The notes below the pieces were generated by a model. The model was given only the letters and a program-made list of their open reading frames with translations. It was not told the origin of the DNA and did no database searches. From NCBI GenBank assembly GCA_049720225.1, contig JBNASD010000001.1:100733-164732 (forward strand): a stretch of 64,000 nt of DNA. The letters are read 5' to 3'. Of this stretch, positions 46,014-57,715 are shown piece after piece. Each line of letters begins with the position of its first letter. Within the stretch, counting starts at the first letter, position 1. The stretch comes from Microgenomates group bacterium. GTDB taxonomy: Bacteria > Patescibacteriota > Microgenomatia > PFEM01 > JBNASD01. A program made the position numbers and the translations under genes.

Positions 46014-46807
46014 TTTTTTTCCAAAAAATATAATTTTGCTTGAGCTAAAAAAGAATGAAAGCTCATCATTAAACTAACAATTAATCCCGGCGTTCCATCT
46101 AAAAACCCAAATTTAAAAAAATAATTTTTTAAAAATTTTCCCAAAGGATAAAAAATAATTTTTTTCAAAGACGCTTTTTTCCCTTCTTCCTTAAGGGCTT
46201 TTGCGTGTAAAGTAGAATAAAAGTCTATTTTCTTTACAAACTCATTAATTGTTGAATGAGGATAATGCCATAAGGGGTTTTTAAATTCCCCTATCTTTCC
46301 TTTTACTTCCCACACTTCATGAACTGGTCTTTTCCACTGACCTGCTGTTTTCTTTGCTAATCGTAAAAGCCTAACTTCGCCTATCTCTCCATGCTTTAGC
46401 CATCTTCCCCCAAAAAAATCCCACCGCTTAAAATAAAAACCGTTATATTTATCTTTTTTAATTGCCTCTTTTATTTCTTTTTTTAGTTCGGGAGAAACTT
46501 TTTCATCCGCGTCAATAAATAAAACCCATTCTCCTTTTGCCTTTTTTAAACCAAAATTTCTTTGTTTGGCAAAATTTCCCTCCAAACCTCTTTTATAAAT
46601 TTTTACTTTTAATTTCCCTTTTTGAACATTTGAATATTTGAACATTTGAACATTTTTTCTTGAACATTCGAACATTCGAACATTTTTTATTGTTTTATCT
46701 TCCGAAAAATCATCAATTATAATTATTTCATCGCACCAACTTAAACTTTTTAAGCAACCCAAAATATTTTTTTCTTCATTTTTAGTTAAAACTATCGCCG
46801 AAATCAT
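46010..46807 (-). CDS. Glycosyltransferase family 2 with an internal tandem-repeat-encoded insert
   Basis: 'ISAIVLTKNEEKNILGCLKSL...IIIIDDFSEDKT' is a GT-A motif. The insert 'NVRMFECSRKNVQMFKYSNVQ' is encoded by the (GAACATT[CT])n repeat. Confidence 0.75.
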   Translation of the reverse strand: MISAIVLTKNEEKNILGCLKSLSWCDEIIIIDDFSEDKTIKNVRMFECSRKNVQMFKYSNVQKGKLKVKIYKRGLEGNFAKQRNFGLKKAKGEWVLFIDADEKVSPELKKEIKEAIKKDKYNGFYFKRWDFFGGRWLKHGEIGEVRLLRLAKKTAGQWKRPVHEVWEVKGKIGEFKNPLWHYPHSTINEFVKKIDFYSTLHAKALKEEGKKASLKKIIFYPLGKFLKNYFFKFGFLDGTPGLIVSLMMSFHSFLAQAKLYFLEKK

Positions 46808-46835
46808 TTTATAAGCATTACAACTTTTATAATTT

Positions 46836-47621
46836 TTATTTAATTAATATTTTAATTCCCCTTTCTAAACAGAAAATCCACGCTAACGGTCTCCGCCACC
46901 AATCAATCCAGCGATTAATAAAAATTAAATTGCTTTTAATCATCTGCCATCTCTGCCAAAGAGGTTTTCTTTTTCCTTCTTTTAAAAAATGGGTAACCAC
47001 AGATTTTGGTTCGACCGTAATCTTAAATCCTGCTTTTTTTGCTCGTAAACAAAAATCAACATCTTCGAAATATAAAAAATAGCGTTCATCAAAAAAACCA
47101 ATTTTTTCAAATACCGGCCGATGAATAAGCATACAACACCCACTTACATAATCAATTTCAAATTTTAAATTTAAAATTTTAGATTTTTCGATATGACTTG
47201 CTTTTCCTTTTTTCCAATCAACTTTCCCTCCATAATCATAAACCCACTTTCCTCCTCGGCGAAATTTAATTATCGAACCAACAATATCCGCATGATTATT
47301 TAAAAGCCAAAATAGAAAATCTTTATCTGGTTGGGTATCTTGATTTAAAAGAAGAATCGCCTCAGAATTATTTTCTAAAGCTTCTTTTATTCCTATATTA
47401 ACCCCCTTTGCAAACCCCACATTTTTATTATTTAAAATAGTTTTTATTTTTAAATTTTTAAATTTCAAATTAAAGTTTTTATTTTTTTTAATACTGTTGT
47501 CAACGATTATAATTTCCTTTTGCCAATTTTTTGGTAGTTTAATGAATTGGAGTGAGGAAAGACAACGAAAGACTTCCTCCTCGCCATTAAATTTTAAAAT
47601 AACAATTGAGAGTTTCTTCAC
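46836..47621 (-). CDS. Glycosyltransferase family 2
   Basis: 'LSIVILKFNGEEEVFRCLSSL...IIIVDNS' plus the 'DXD-like YFEDVDF' motif. Confidence 0.75.
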   Translation of the reverse strand: MKKLSIVILKFNGEEEVFRCLSSLQFIKLPKNWQKEIIIVDNSIKKNKNFNLKFKNLKIKTILNNKNVGFAKGVNIGIKEALENNSEAILLLNQDTQPDKDFLFWLLNNHADIVGSIIKFRRGGKWVYDYGGKVDWKKGKASHIEKSKILNLKFEIDYVSGCCMLIHRPVFEKIGFFDERYFLYFEDVDFCLRAKKAGFKITVEPKSVVTHFLKEGKRKPLWQRWQMIKSNLIFINRWIDWWRRPLAWIFCLERGIKILIK

Positions 47622-47662
47622 TTTAATTAATAAAATTAATTTAATTTAAATAATTAAACTAA

Positions 47663-48808
47663 TTAATTTCTTTTTCCTAAAACTTTTTTGTAGACTTCTT
47701 CTAATTTTTTTGCCCCAATCTTTGCATCAAAATATTTTACCGCTCTTTCTCTCGCTTTTTTGCCATATTCTTCTCTCATTTTTGGATTTAAAATAAATTT
47801 TTTAATTGCTTCAGCAAGTGATAAAAAGTCCGCTGGTTGAACTTTTAACGCCGCCTCGCCGACATTTTCTTCAATTGCTCCTGATAAAGTGGTTACAATA
47901 GGTAATCCTGAAGCCTGCGCTTCAAGTAAAACAGTGGAAAATTGTTCTTGCCAATGGCGAGTCGCTCTGGAGGGTGCCACAAAAATATCTGCTTTTTGAT
48001 ATTCTTCAGGCATTTTTTCATAAGAAACAGTTTTATGGATTATTTTATCTGTAATTCCCATTCTTTTTTCTAATTCTAAAAGTCTTTTCTTCTCACTTCC
48101 CTCTCCTACCATTGTAAAAATCAAATTGTAGTCTTTAAGTTCTTCATCAGTAAGCAATTTTTTGGCCGCAAAAATCACCTCATAAACTCCTTTGTATAAC
48201 TCCAATCTGCCAACAAAAAGTATATTTATTTTCTTTTGAAAATTGAAAATTGAAAATTGAAAATTTCTGCTCGGCTTAAATGCCGAGCAGTCAATATGTT
48301 GATTAATTATTGTAATTTTTTTCGGATTCGCTCCTTCTAAAATTAGTGCCTCTCGTGAACGGTTAGAAATCGCAATAATATGATCCAATTCCTCAATGGC
48401 TCTTTTTTTAAATCTTTTTCTTCCCCAAATTCCTTCATTGCCAAAGGGAATATTTTCAAAAACAGTTGCCACCACTTTTTTCACCCATCCTTTCTTTTTA
48501 GCATTTAAACATTGTTGAGTAAAATGCATATAGGTCTCTGCACAATGAGCAATATCAAAACCTTTTAAATGTCTTTCCAAACCAAATAAATATTGAGCAT
48601 CAATAAAAATGCGGTTTAAAATTGGCATTTTGTAAGGAAAATTAGGCAAATCCATTGGAGAGGGAAGCTTAACTACCGGAAAGGCAAATTGACTATGAAA
48701 AGGTTTTAAACTGCCAAAACCAACTAAGTGATATTTCTTAACCAGCGGTTCATAAAACTGCATTTCATATTTATTTAAGTGTTTCCCCCGAACAATAGCA
48801 ATCTTCAT
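47663..48808 (-). CDS. Glycosyltransferase family 4 (GT1 superfamily, GT-B)
   Basis: The C-terminal motif 'TVLLEAQASGLPIVTT' (E..7E-like) and the two-Rossmann-domain length support this call. Confidence 0.8.
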   Translation of the reverse strand: MKIAIVRGKHLNKYEMQFYEPLVKKYHLVGFGSLKPFHSQFAFPVVKLPSPMDLPNFPYKMPILNRIFIDAQYLFGLERHLKGFDIAHCAETYMHFTQQCLNAKKKGWVKKVVATVFENIPFGNEGIWGRKRFKKRAIEELDHIIAISNRSREALILEGANPKKITIINQHIDCSAFKPSRNFQFSIFNFQKKINILFVGRLELYKGVYEVIFAAKKLLTDEELKDYNLIFTMVGEGSEKKRLLELEKRMGITDKIIHKTVSYEKMPEEYQKADIFVAPSRATRHWQEQFSTVLLEAQASGLPIVTTLSGAIEENVGEAALKVQPADFLSLAEAIKKFILNPKMREEYGKKARERAVKYFDAKIGAKKLEEVYKKVLGKRN

Positions 48809-48830
48809 TAAAATTTATTTTAGCAAATCT

Positions 48831-49097
48831 TTACCTATTTTTGGCTCTTATTCCTCCTCGATACAAACAGGAATGAGTATCGGCAATTGCTTCTCCAGGC
48901 GGTTTTCCTTTAGAAAAACAGGTTCGACATTTTTGAGCTAATGCTTCGATTACCTTCCCTTCATCATCATGGTGTTGTCCTCTTTGTTTAAGACTACTCA
49001 ATTGAGCTTGATTATCTGGAGTATATCCCATCCGACAATTAAGACAATTTAAATCAAGTTGTTGGGCAAAATCATAATCTGGTTTTATTTCTACCAT
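48831..49097 (-). CDS. Small zinc-ribbon protein (CxxC...CxxC), GC-rich, last gene of the mod-old-res operon
   Basis: Contains 'CLNC' and 'CRTC' Cys pairs. It lies 16 nt downstream of the res stop on the same strand. Confidence 0.45.
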   Translation of the reverse strand: MVEIKPDYDFAQQLDLNCLNCRMGYTPDNQAQLSSLKQRGQHHDDEGKVIEALAQKCRTCFSKGKPPGEAIADTHSCLYRGGIRAKNR

Positions 49098-49113
49098 TTT
49101 TTTAATATCTTCT

Positions 49114-52068
49114 TTAAATTACTTCTAAAATTTGGGATATATTATCAAGCCAATATTCTTTGTATTGGTCTATCGCATAAGCTTTATCGTCCGGTTTACA
49201 AAACAAAAGGACTTTAATATTGAAACCATTATGGGAAAATAATTTGTTTTTAAATATTTGGGCAAACCCATCTATTTTTCGATATGCTTCTGTATGTTCG
49301 GTACCTTTAGGGTCAACAAACACAATATAATAATTTTTATTGCTTTTTTCCTTTAACCAAAATATAAAGTCTGGTTTAAAATGCTCTATTTTTTCGGTTT
49401 TTGGATTATACCAAGGAATATAAATTTCGTCGGTAGTTTCGTCTATTTTAGAAAACATCCACCACTCAAATTTTTTATCAAATAAGTTGCCATCTTGGGC
49501 TAAATACTCATCTAACTCTTTAATAAATTTAATTTCACTTTCCTCAATAATAATATGATTTAAATAATCAATTTTTTGTCTTGGTTCGGACAAAATAACA
49601 GGATAATAGTAGTGATTAGGAACATATTTTATTTTTATTCCATTAAGAGGTTGGGAAAATAAATCTATATCTTGTCTTCCTTTTTTAAATAGTTCCAGTT
49701 GTAATTTTTTAGTTTCGTTTTCCTCCTCTTTAATTTTTTTGACCTGTTCAATCTTTTTTAAAAATTCCTCTAATTTTTCAGTTTTGGCAAATTTAATTTT
49801 CTCAAAGTGAACTATAAATTTTCCTTTTTCTACTTTTTCAAAATCTTTAAATTCTTCAGGAATTAAAGAAAAGTGGCTAATAATTCGAGAAAAAATAAGC
49901 TGTGGTTTTTTAATTGATTTTTCTTTTTCAAATTTATAGTAATTTAATGGTTTTTTAAAACTTTTTTTAATTGTATTTAATATTTTAGGTTCTGTTTCAT
50001 AGTTTATTAAAAAAATCCTCTCGTCTCCTAAATACTCAAAATATTTCTTAATTAAATTAAAATCTTCTTCACTTAAGATATAACTTTTAGGTTCTTTTAT
50101 TTCTGCTAAAGTATAATCCGCCGGTTTATAAACCGGCACAAAAAGGGGTAGTTTTTCTGCTTTTTGATTAATAATAAAATATCCTTTAAGGAGATAACCT
50201 TCCTCTTTTCTTGCCTCTTCAAAAGTTTTAATCGTTTCTTCTAAAGCATACGGATTAGTACCAAAAATAAATAGAGTTTCTAACTGAAAGCCAAAATCTT
50301 TAATTTTTTCAAAAACATTTCTTTTAATTTTATTTGCCTGATAAAGATTTTCTAATCTTTTTCTTTCGTTTTTTAAAGGCTCTATTCTTACTCCTCTTCC
50401 TGCTGATTGTAAAACAAATTTTTTTGCTTGTGGCCCTGTCCCAATATTAATGTACAAAATAATATTTGGCCTATTAGAATCCCAACCTTCATAAAAAGTT
50501 CTTGAACCCATCAGGATATTATGATCTGATTCGGGTTGATTAATTTTTTTAAAAGCGCTTTCATTGTCAAAACTTTCAATAATCTCATATCCTTCAAAAT
50601 AATCTTTAAGCCAACCTGAAATATCACCAATTTTAATTAAAGCAAACGGCCTTTCAGAAGTTTTTAACCTAAAAACCATTTCCTGGCGATTTCCGGGGAT
50701 AGTTAAAACTTCAATCGTTCCAAAGCTTTTTGAATTATAAATATCTTCTAAAATGTCTTGATAATTAATCTTTTCTATGAGGTTTTTATCAATCTTAATT
50801 TCTTCTCCTTGAGGAAAAATAACTTTGGAATCTAAAGAAAAAGTATTAATTAATTCTTCTTTTGCGGATTTAAAGACATTTTCTTTTATTTTTCCCTGGC
50901 CAATTTTTTCAATTTGCCTAAAAAACAATTTCAAATCCGCATCTTCAATATTTACCGAATTTACCAAAGTTAAAAGCAAAGGATAATGGTAAAATTTTTT
51001 ATCTATTTTTTTAATTTTATTAGCAAATTTCTTTAAATAACTCAAAAGAATCAATGACTTTAAAACAATTTTTTGTTTTTCGTTTTCGGTAAAATCTGTT
51101 TTATCTTTAAAAGCTTTTATTTCTTCTTGTGAAAGATAAATTCTTTTTCCGTAGCCGTTTTCAATAAAAACTGGCAAATTATAGTTAAAAACTGTTGTTA
51201 AAAAATCCCTTGGGTCAACAAAGGTCGCAGAAAAGTTAAATAAAAAGCCGTTACGAGACATTATTGAATAAATTATCTGTCTCACTGAATCATCCTTTTC
51301 TCCTTTGTGTGCTTCATCAAGAAGAATATACCATCTACCATTATTATCGTAATTTCTAAAATCTAATCTTTTTTCTTTTTGTTCAGTCCAAAGATTATCG
51401 GAGCGGTAATAAAAAATGGTTATTTCTCTATCTTTAAATAAAGAATAACTTCCTCTTTTTACTTCGTCCCATTCTTTTAAGCTTTTAAGATTAATATAAA
51501 AATCACTTCGAGAAGCATTTATTTCTTTGATATATTCTTTAAACTGGTCAATTAAGCCATCTCGATAAGTCAAAAACAAAATATCGCTTTCGGGAATTTC
51601 TTTATTTTTTATTAAAGAATTTAAAATCTCAATGAGTTTCACAATCACTAAAGTTTTTCCAGAACCGGTTGCCATCCAAAAATTCATTCTGTTAACAAAA
51701 TTTTCAAAACTAACTTTATTATCAATTAGCGGATAATATTCTTCTAAAAGTTTTGCTGTTTTTTTACCCTCTTTTTTAGTTAAATCATAATCAGCGCCTT
51801 TTTCTGGATAATTAGAATCAGCTTTATAAAAATTAAAAAGATGCCTTTTTCTTTCTAAATTTACTTCTAATTTTTCTTTTTCCTGATAATCAAACAATTC
51901 CTGATAATATCGCCACAAAATTTTTAAAGCATTTTTTAAAGCCTCTTGTTGAAAATCATAAAGAGATTTTTCCTTTGAAAAACCTTTCAAATCAAAACTC
52001 TGCCAAGCAGTTGGTAAATCTTCAAATCTAATTTCTTTTGCTATATTTTGAAGAATTAGTTTGGACAT
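49114..52068 (-). CDS. res: Type III restriction enzyme Res-like subunit: SF2 helicase/translocase with a C-terminal PD-(D/E)xK nuclease
   Basis: Has Walker A 'MATGSGKTLV', DEAH 'LLDEAHKG', motif VI 'QSAGRGVRI', and C-terminal 'KPDFIFW...VFVDPKG' (PD...DxK). Confidence 0.7.
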   Translation of the reverse strand: MSKLILQNIAKEIRFEDLPTAWQSFDLKGFSKEKSLYDFQQEALKNALKILWRYYQELFDYQEKEKLEVNLERKRHLFNFYKADSNYPEKGADYDLTKKEGKKTAKLLEEYYPLIDNKVSFENFVNRMNFWMATGSGKTLVIVKLIEILNSLIKNKEIPESDILFLTYRDGLIDQFKEYIKEINASRSDFYINLKSLKEWDEVKRGSYSLFKDREITIFYYRSDNLWTEQKEKRLDFRNYDNNGRWYILLDEAHKGEKDDSVRQIIYSIMSRNGFLFNFSATFVDPRDFLTTVFNYNLPVFIENGYGKRIYLSQEEIKAFKDKTDFTENEKQKIVLKSLILLSYLKKFANKIKKIDKKFYHYPLLLTLVNSVNIEDADLKLFFRQIEKIGQGKIKENVFKSAKEELINTFSLDSKVIFPQGEEIKIDKNLIEKINYQDILEDIYNSKSFGTIEVLTIPGNRQEMVFRLKTSERPFALIKIGDISGWLKDYFEGYEIIESFDNESAFKKINQPESDHNILMGSRTFYEGWDSNRPNIILYINIGTGPQAKKFVLQSAGRGVRIEPLKNERKRLENLYQANKIKRNVFEKIKDFGFQLETLFIFGTNPYALEETIKTFEEARKEEGYLLKGYFIINQKAEKLPLFVPVYKPADYTLAEIKEPKSYILSEEDFNLIKKYFEYLGDERIFLINYETEPKILNTIKKSFKKPLNYYKFEKEKSIKKPQLIFSRIISHFSLIPEEFKDFEKVEKGKFIVHFEKIKFAKTEKLEEFLKKIEQVKKIKEEENETKKLQLELFKKGRQDIDLFSQPLNGIKIKYVPNHYYYPVILSEPRQKIDYLNHIIIEESEIKFIKELDEYLAQDGNLFDKKFEWWMFSKIDETTDEIYIPWYNPKTEKIEHFKPDFIFWLKEKSNKNYYIVFVDPKGTEHTEAYRKIDGFAQIFKNKLFSHNGFNIKVLLFCKPDDKAYAIDQYKEYWLDNISQILEVI

Positions 52069-52099
52069 AACAAGTTATAATCCGCTTTTTGTTATTTAC

Positions 52100-53786
52100 T
52101 TAACTCAAATGAAAATAACTTCTTATTTTATTAATACAGTCTATAATTTGCTGAGGTATTTCTTTTTCTAGTAAAGTATTTATCTTTTCTAAAATTTCAT
52201 TTAATCTTTCAGATCCGATCAATTTTTCAAAAGATGTTTCAAACATAAATCTTTGATTTTCACTGCTAAATTCTTTTATCATCTCATCTTTACCTTCATC
52301 TTCTTCATCTTTATCATAGTCATATACTACAAAAAAATCTATTCCATAAATAAGACATATCATCTGATAATAAGGAATGTTCGATTTCCCTCTTGCATAA
52401 ATAATTGTTACTCCATCAAGAGATAAATTTAGTTTTTTTGCTATTTCAATTAAACCGTATTTGTCGTTTGGTCCTTCTAATATAATACATTTATCATCAA
52501 AAAGTATTTGATTATTGTCTCTATAAAAAATTGTTTTATCTTGCTGGTATCTTTTAATTTCATCTAAATGCGCTTCTAAACTTTGTTTTTCTTTGCTAGT
52601 AGATGATTTTTTAAACTGTTTGGATAAATCTTCTGGTCTGGGATAAATATTCTCATCAGTTAATCTTTTAATAGATTTCCAATTACTTAAATCAATAAAA
52701 ATATCTGAATGAGTACTTAAGATATGCTGATATTGAGAAGATTTAATTTCATTAAATAATTTATATTGTAATTGAGGATGCAAATGTAATTCTGGATCGT
52801 CAATTAAAAAAATAATTTCTTCTTTTGATAACTCACTTGTCAATTTAAGCAAAAAGTAGGCAATCACCATCAATTCACCTGAGGCCATTCTTGATAAAGT
52901 AATAATTTTATCGCCTTCTCTTAAAGAAAAGAAGGCGTCATCAAAAGGTTGTCGTAGATTAAAAAGAGATATTTCAAAATTGGTAAATTTTTCTCCAATG
53001 AAATCTTTAATTTTCTCTTTTAATGGATTTATTATCTTTGATTGTTTCGGGTCTTCAACTTTGTTAATAATAAAAGAGTAAATATCTTCCCATTTATTAA
53101 CATACTCGTTTCTTTTATTTATTTTGTAATCTTTAAAAAATCTCCAATTAAGTTCGTCTAAAATCTTTTGGAATGTCGTAAAATAGCCAGGCCTTAAGTC
53201 CTTATCTCTTTCTTTTGAAAAATAAAAAATCCTAGGAAAATTTTCTAAACTATCTTGTCCATAAACTTCAAGCAATCTTTCTTGAATTTCTTTAAACTTT
53301 TCATCCTTTTTAACCCAATACTCATAATTTCGTGTTTCAGTATTTAGTTGAACTTTAAGTGGTACATAATTCGTAGAAATTAAAGGTGGTTTTAATTCAT
53401 CATACTTTTGGTAGCATTCAGGAATAACAATATGTTTTGTAGTAAAAATTGTGGAAAATGCCTTACCTGGTGCAGATTTCTCGCGGTATTTAGCAACAAA
53501 CTTAATTTTTTTTTGATGGCAATTTTACCCAATCTGCAATTTTTAGAAAGAAGTAATCATCAAATTCAACTTCAATTTCTATCGGTTCTGTGTCAGAATT
53601 AAAGTCATCAGGTTTTATTTTGCTCTCTACAAAAGAAAAATTGGTCGCTAAATTTATCGCTTCTAAAATACTAGTTTTGCCAGTTCCATTTTTACCAACT
53701 AGTGTAGTAAAATTTTCTTCAAACTCAATGATTGTTTCGTTTTTAAACTTTCTAAAATTTTTAATTGTTAATTTTTTAATTCTCAT
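52100..53786 (-). pseudogene. OLD-family ABC-type ATPase + Toprim nuclease gene split by a +1/-1 frameshift at an A9/T9 tract (53506-53514). The N-fragment is 53502..53786, the bridge plus C-fragment 52100..53501.
   Basis: The N-fragment carries Walker A 'GKNGTGKTS'. The downstream frame is open for all 76 codons back to the homopolymer. The C-fragment carries 'SGE' signature-like, Walker B/D-loop 'LIDDPELHLHP', H-loop 'LSTHS' and Toprim 'ILEGPND...VVYDYDKD'. Confidence 0.65.
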
Positions 53787-56300
<2,514 letters not shown>

Positions 56301-56331
56301 TTATTATTTTTTTTAGAAAGGGGGTGAGAAA

Positions 56332-56616
56332 ATGGGAAATTATTTACCAATTATTTTCGGAGGTTTGTTTGGGGGAATTTTACGAGGAATTTTGGGAATT
56401 GCCAAAAATTTAATCACTAAAAAAGATGAAGAGATTAACTATGGCTATTTATTTCTTTCATTAATAATTTCGGCAACCATTGGAATAATCGCCGCCTCTT
56501 TATGGCCAGAAGGAGATTTTCGTATTGCCCTATTAGCCGGTTATGCCGGTTCTGATTTTTTGGAAGGTTTATTTAAGTTAAAATTTTCTGATCAGTTTTT
56601 GAAAAAGGACGAATAA
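56332..56616 (+). CDS. Small hypothetical membrane protein (94 aa, 2-3 TM)
   Basis: ORF with Gly-rich TM helices, divergent from the mod operon. Confidence 0.35.
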   Translation: MGNYLPIIFGGLFGGILRGILGIAKNLITKKDEEINYGYLFLSLIISATIGIIAASLWPEGDFRIALLAGYAGSDFLEGLFKLKFSDQFLKKDE

Positions 56617-56998
56617 CCAATTTGGTAGTTTTAACCTGTTTAGCAAAAGGCTTAAGTTTTTCCATTAACTCCGCCGAGAGTTTTTTCTGGTCATACAAAT
56701 TTCCTAAAGCGACAATATCAAAAACCATTACTTTCTCTAATTCTTTCGATTCTTTTACAATTTTTTCCAATTCTTTTCTTCCTGGCTCATTAATTTGCGG
56801 AAAACGAGTTTCCGATTGAGAAATAATTAACACCTGAAAATCGTCAGTGCTGATTTTTTTAATTTTTTCTTTTTTTGCCTTAGCAATTATTGCTTCTTTT
56901 AAACCATCAAGTCTTTTCTCGATTTTTTCTTTTTTCTTCAACCATAAAATATATTCATCAACTAAATTTTTCAAGTCGGCAGGAATATTTTTTCTCAT
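56573..56998 (-). CDS. Hypothetical protein (141 aa), Lys/Glu-rich
   Basis: ORF only. It overlaps the 56332 ORF convergently by 44 nt. Confidence 0.3.
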   Translation of the reverse strand: MRKNIPADLKNLVDEYILWLKKKEKIEKRLDGLKEAIIAKAKKEKIKKISTDDFQVLIISQSETRFPQINEPGRKELEKIVKESKELEKVMVFDIVALGNLYDQKKLSAELMEKLKPFAKQVKTTKLVIRPFSKTDQKILT

Positions 56999-57037
56999 CT
57001 TTATTTGATTTTAACACACTGTTGTATAATTTTTTTA

Positions 57038-57691
57038 ATGAAAAAACCAACTTTGGTGATTGGTGGAGGATTAGTTTTCCTCATATCTTTATTGTTAAAC
57101 CTCTTTTTATGGCAAAAGACAAAAATAACTAAGAAATCCTACTTAGTTTCCCAGGTTATTGACGGCGATACTTTCATTTTAGAAGATAAACAAACTATCA
57201 GATTGATCAATGTGGAAGCGCCGGAATTAGAATTTTGCGGCGGTAGCCAAGCAAAAGAAAAACTGGCAAAACTTATAGAGGGAAAAAGAGTTAATTTAGA
57301 AATTATCAGTAAAGATACTTTTAAACGCCCTTTAGCCTTAGTTTATCAGGGAGATATTTTAGTCAATGAAGTTCTTTTAAAAGAAGGTTTTGTTCGTTAC
57401 GACGGAACTCCCAGTCCCAAAAGAGATGAACTTAAAAAAGCTTACGATTATGCTTTTGAAAATCGATTAGGAATTCATTCTCCTTTATGTCGAGCCGAAA
57501 ATCCCGATAATCCTAAATGTTTAATTAAAGGCAATATTGATAAGCATTCCAATACTAAACTTTATTATTTTCCTGGATGCGCCAATTATCAAATCACCGT
57601 GGTGGAAAAAGATTTAGGAGAAAGTTGGTTTTGTTCTGGAGGCAGAAGCACAAAAAGCCGGTTTTCAAAAGTCACAAAACTGCTATGGTAA
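57038..57691 (+). CDS. Membrane-anchored thermonuclease (staphylococcal nuclease/SNase-like) with a Cys-rich C-terminal extension
   Basis: 'VIDGDTFILEDKQTIRLINVEAPE' and 'KDTFKRPLALVY...LLKEGFVRY' are SNase motifs. Has an N-terminal TM. An extended -10 'TGtTATAAT' at 57021-57029 sits only about 8 nt before the ATG. Confidence 0.7.
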   Translation: MKKPTLVIGGGLVFLISLLLNLFLWQKTKITKKSYLVSQVIDGDTFILEDKQTIRLINVEAPELEFCGGSQAKEKLAKLIEGKRVNLEIISKDTFKRPLALVYQGDILVNEVLLKEGFVRYDGTPSPKRDELKKAYDYAFENRLGIHSPLCRAENPDNPKCLIKGNIDKHSNTKLYYFPGCANYQITVVEKDLGESWFCSGGRSTKSRFSKVTKLLW

Positions 57692-57715
57692 AATTTATTC
57701 CCCTTAAAAAATTTA

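Noticed and set aside
52100-53786. Reading the OLD-like locus as two independent genes (94-aa ATPase fragment plus 391-aa protein starting at TTG)
   Set aside because: The Walker A motif lies in one piece and the signature/Walker B/H-loop of the same ABC ATPase fold in the other. The 76 intervening codons are open in the downstream frame right up to the A9 tract, so a single frameshifted gene explains the data better.
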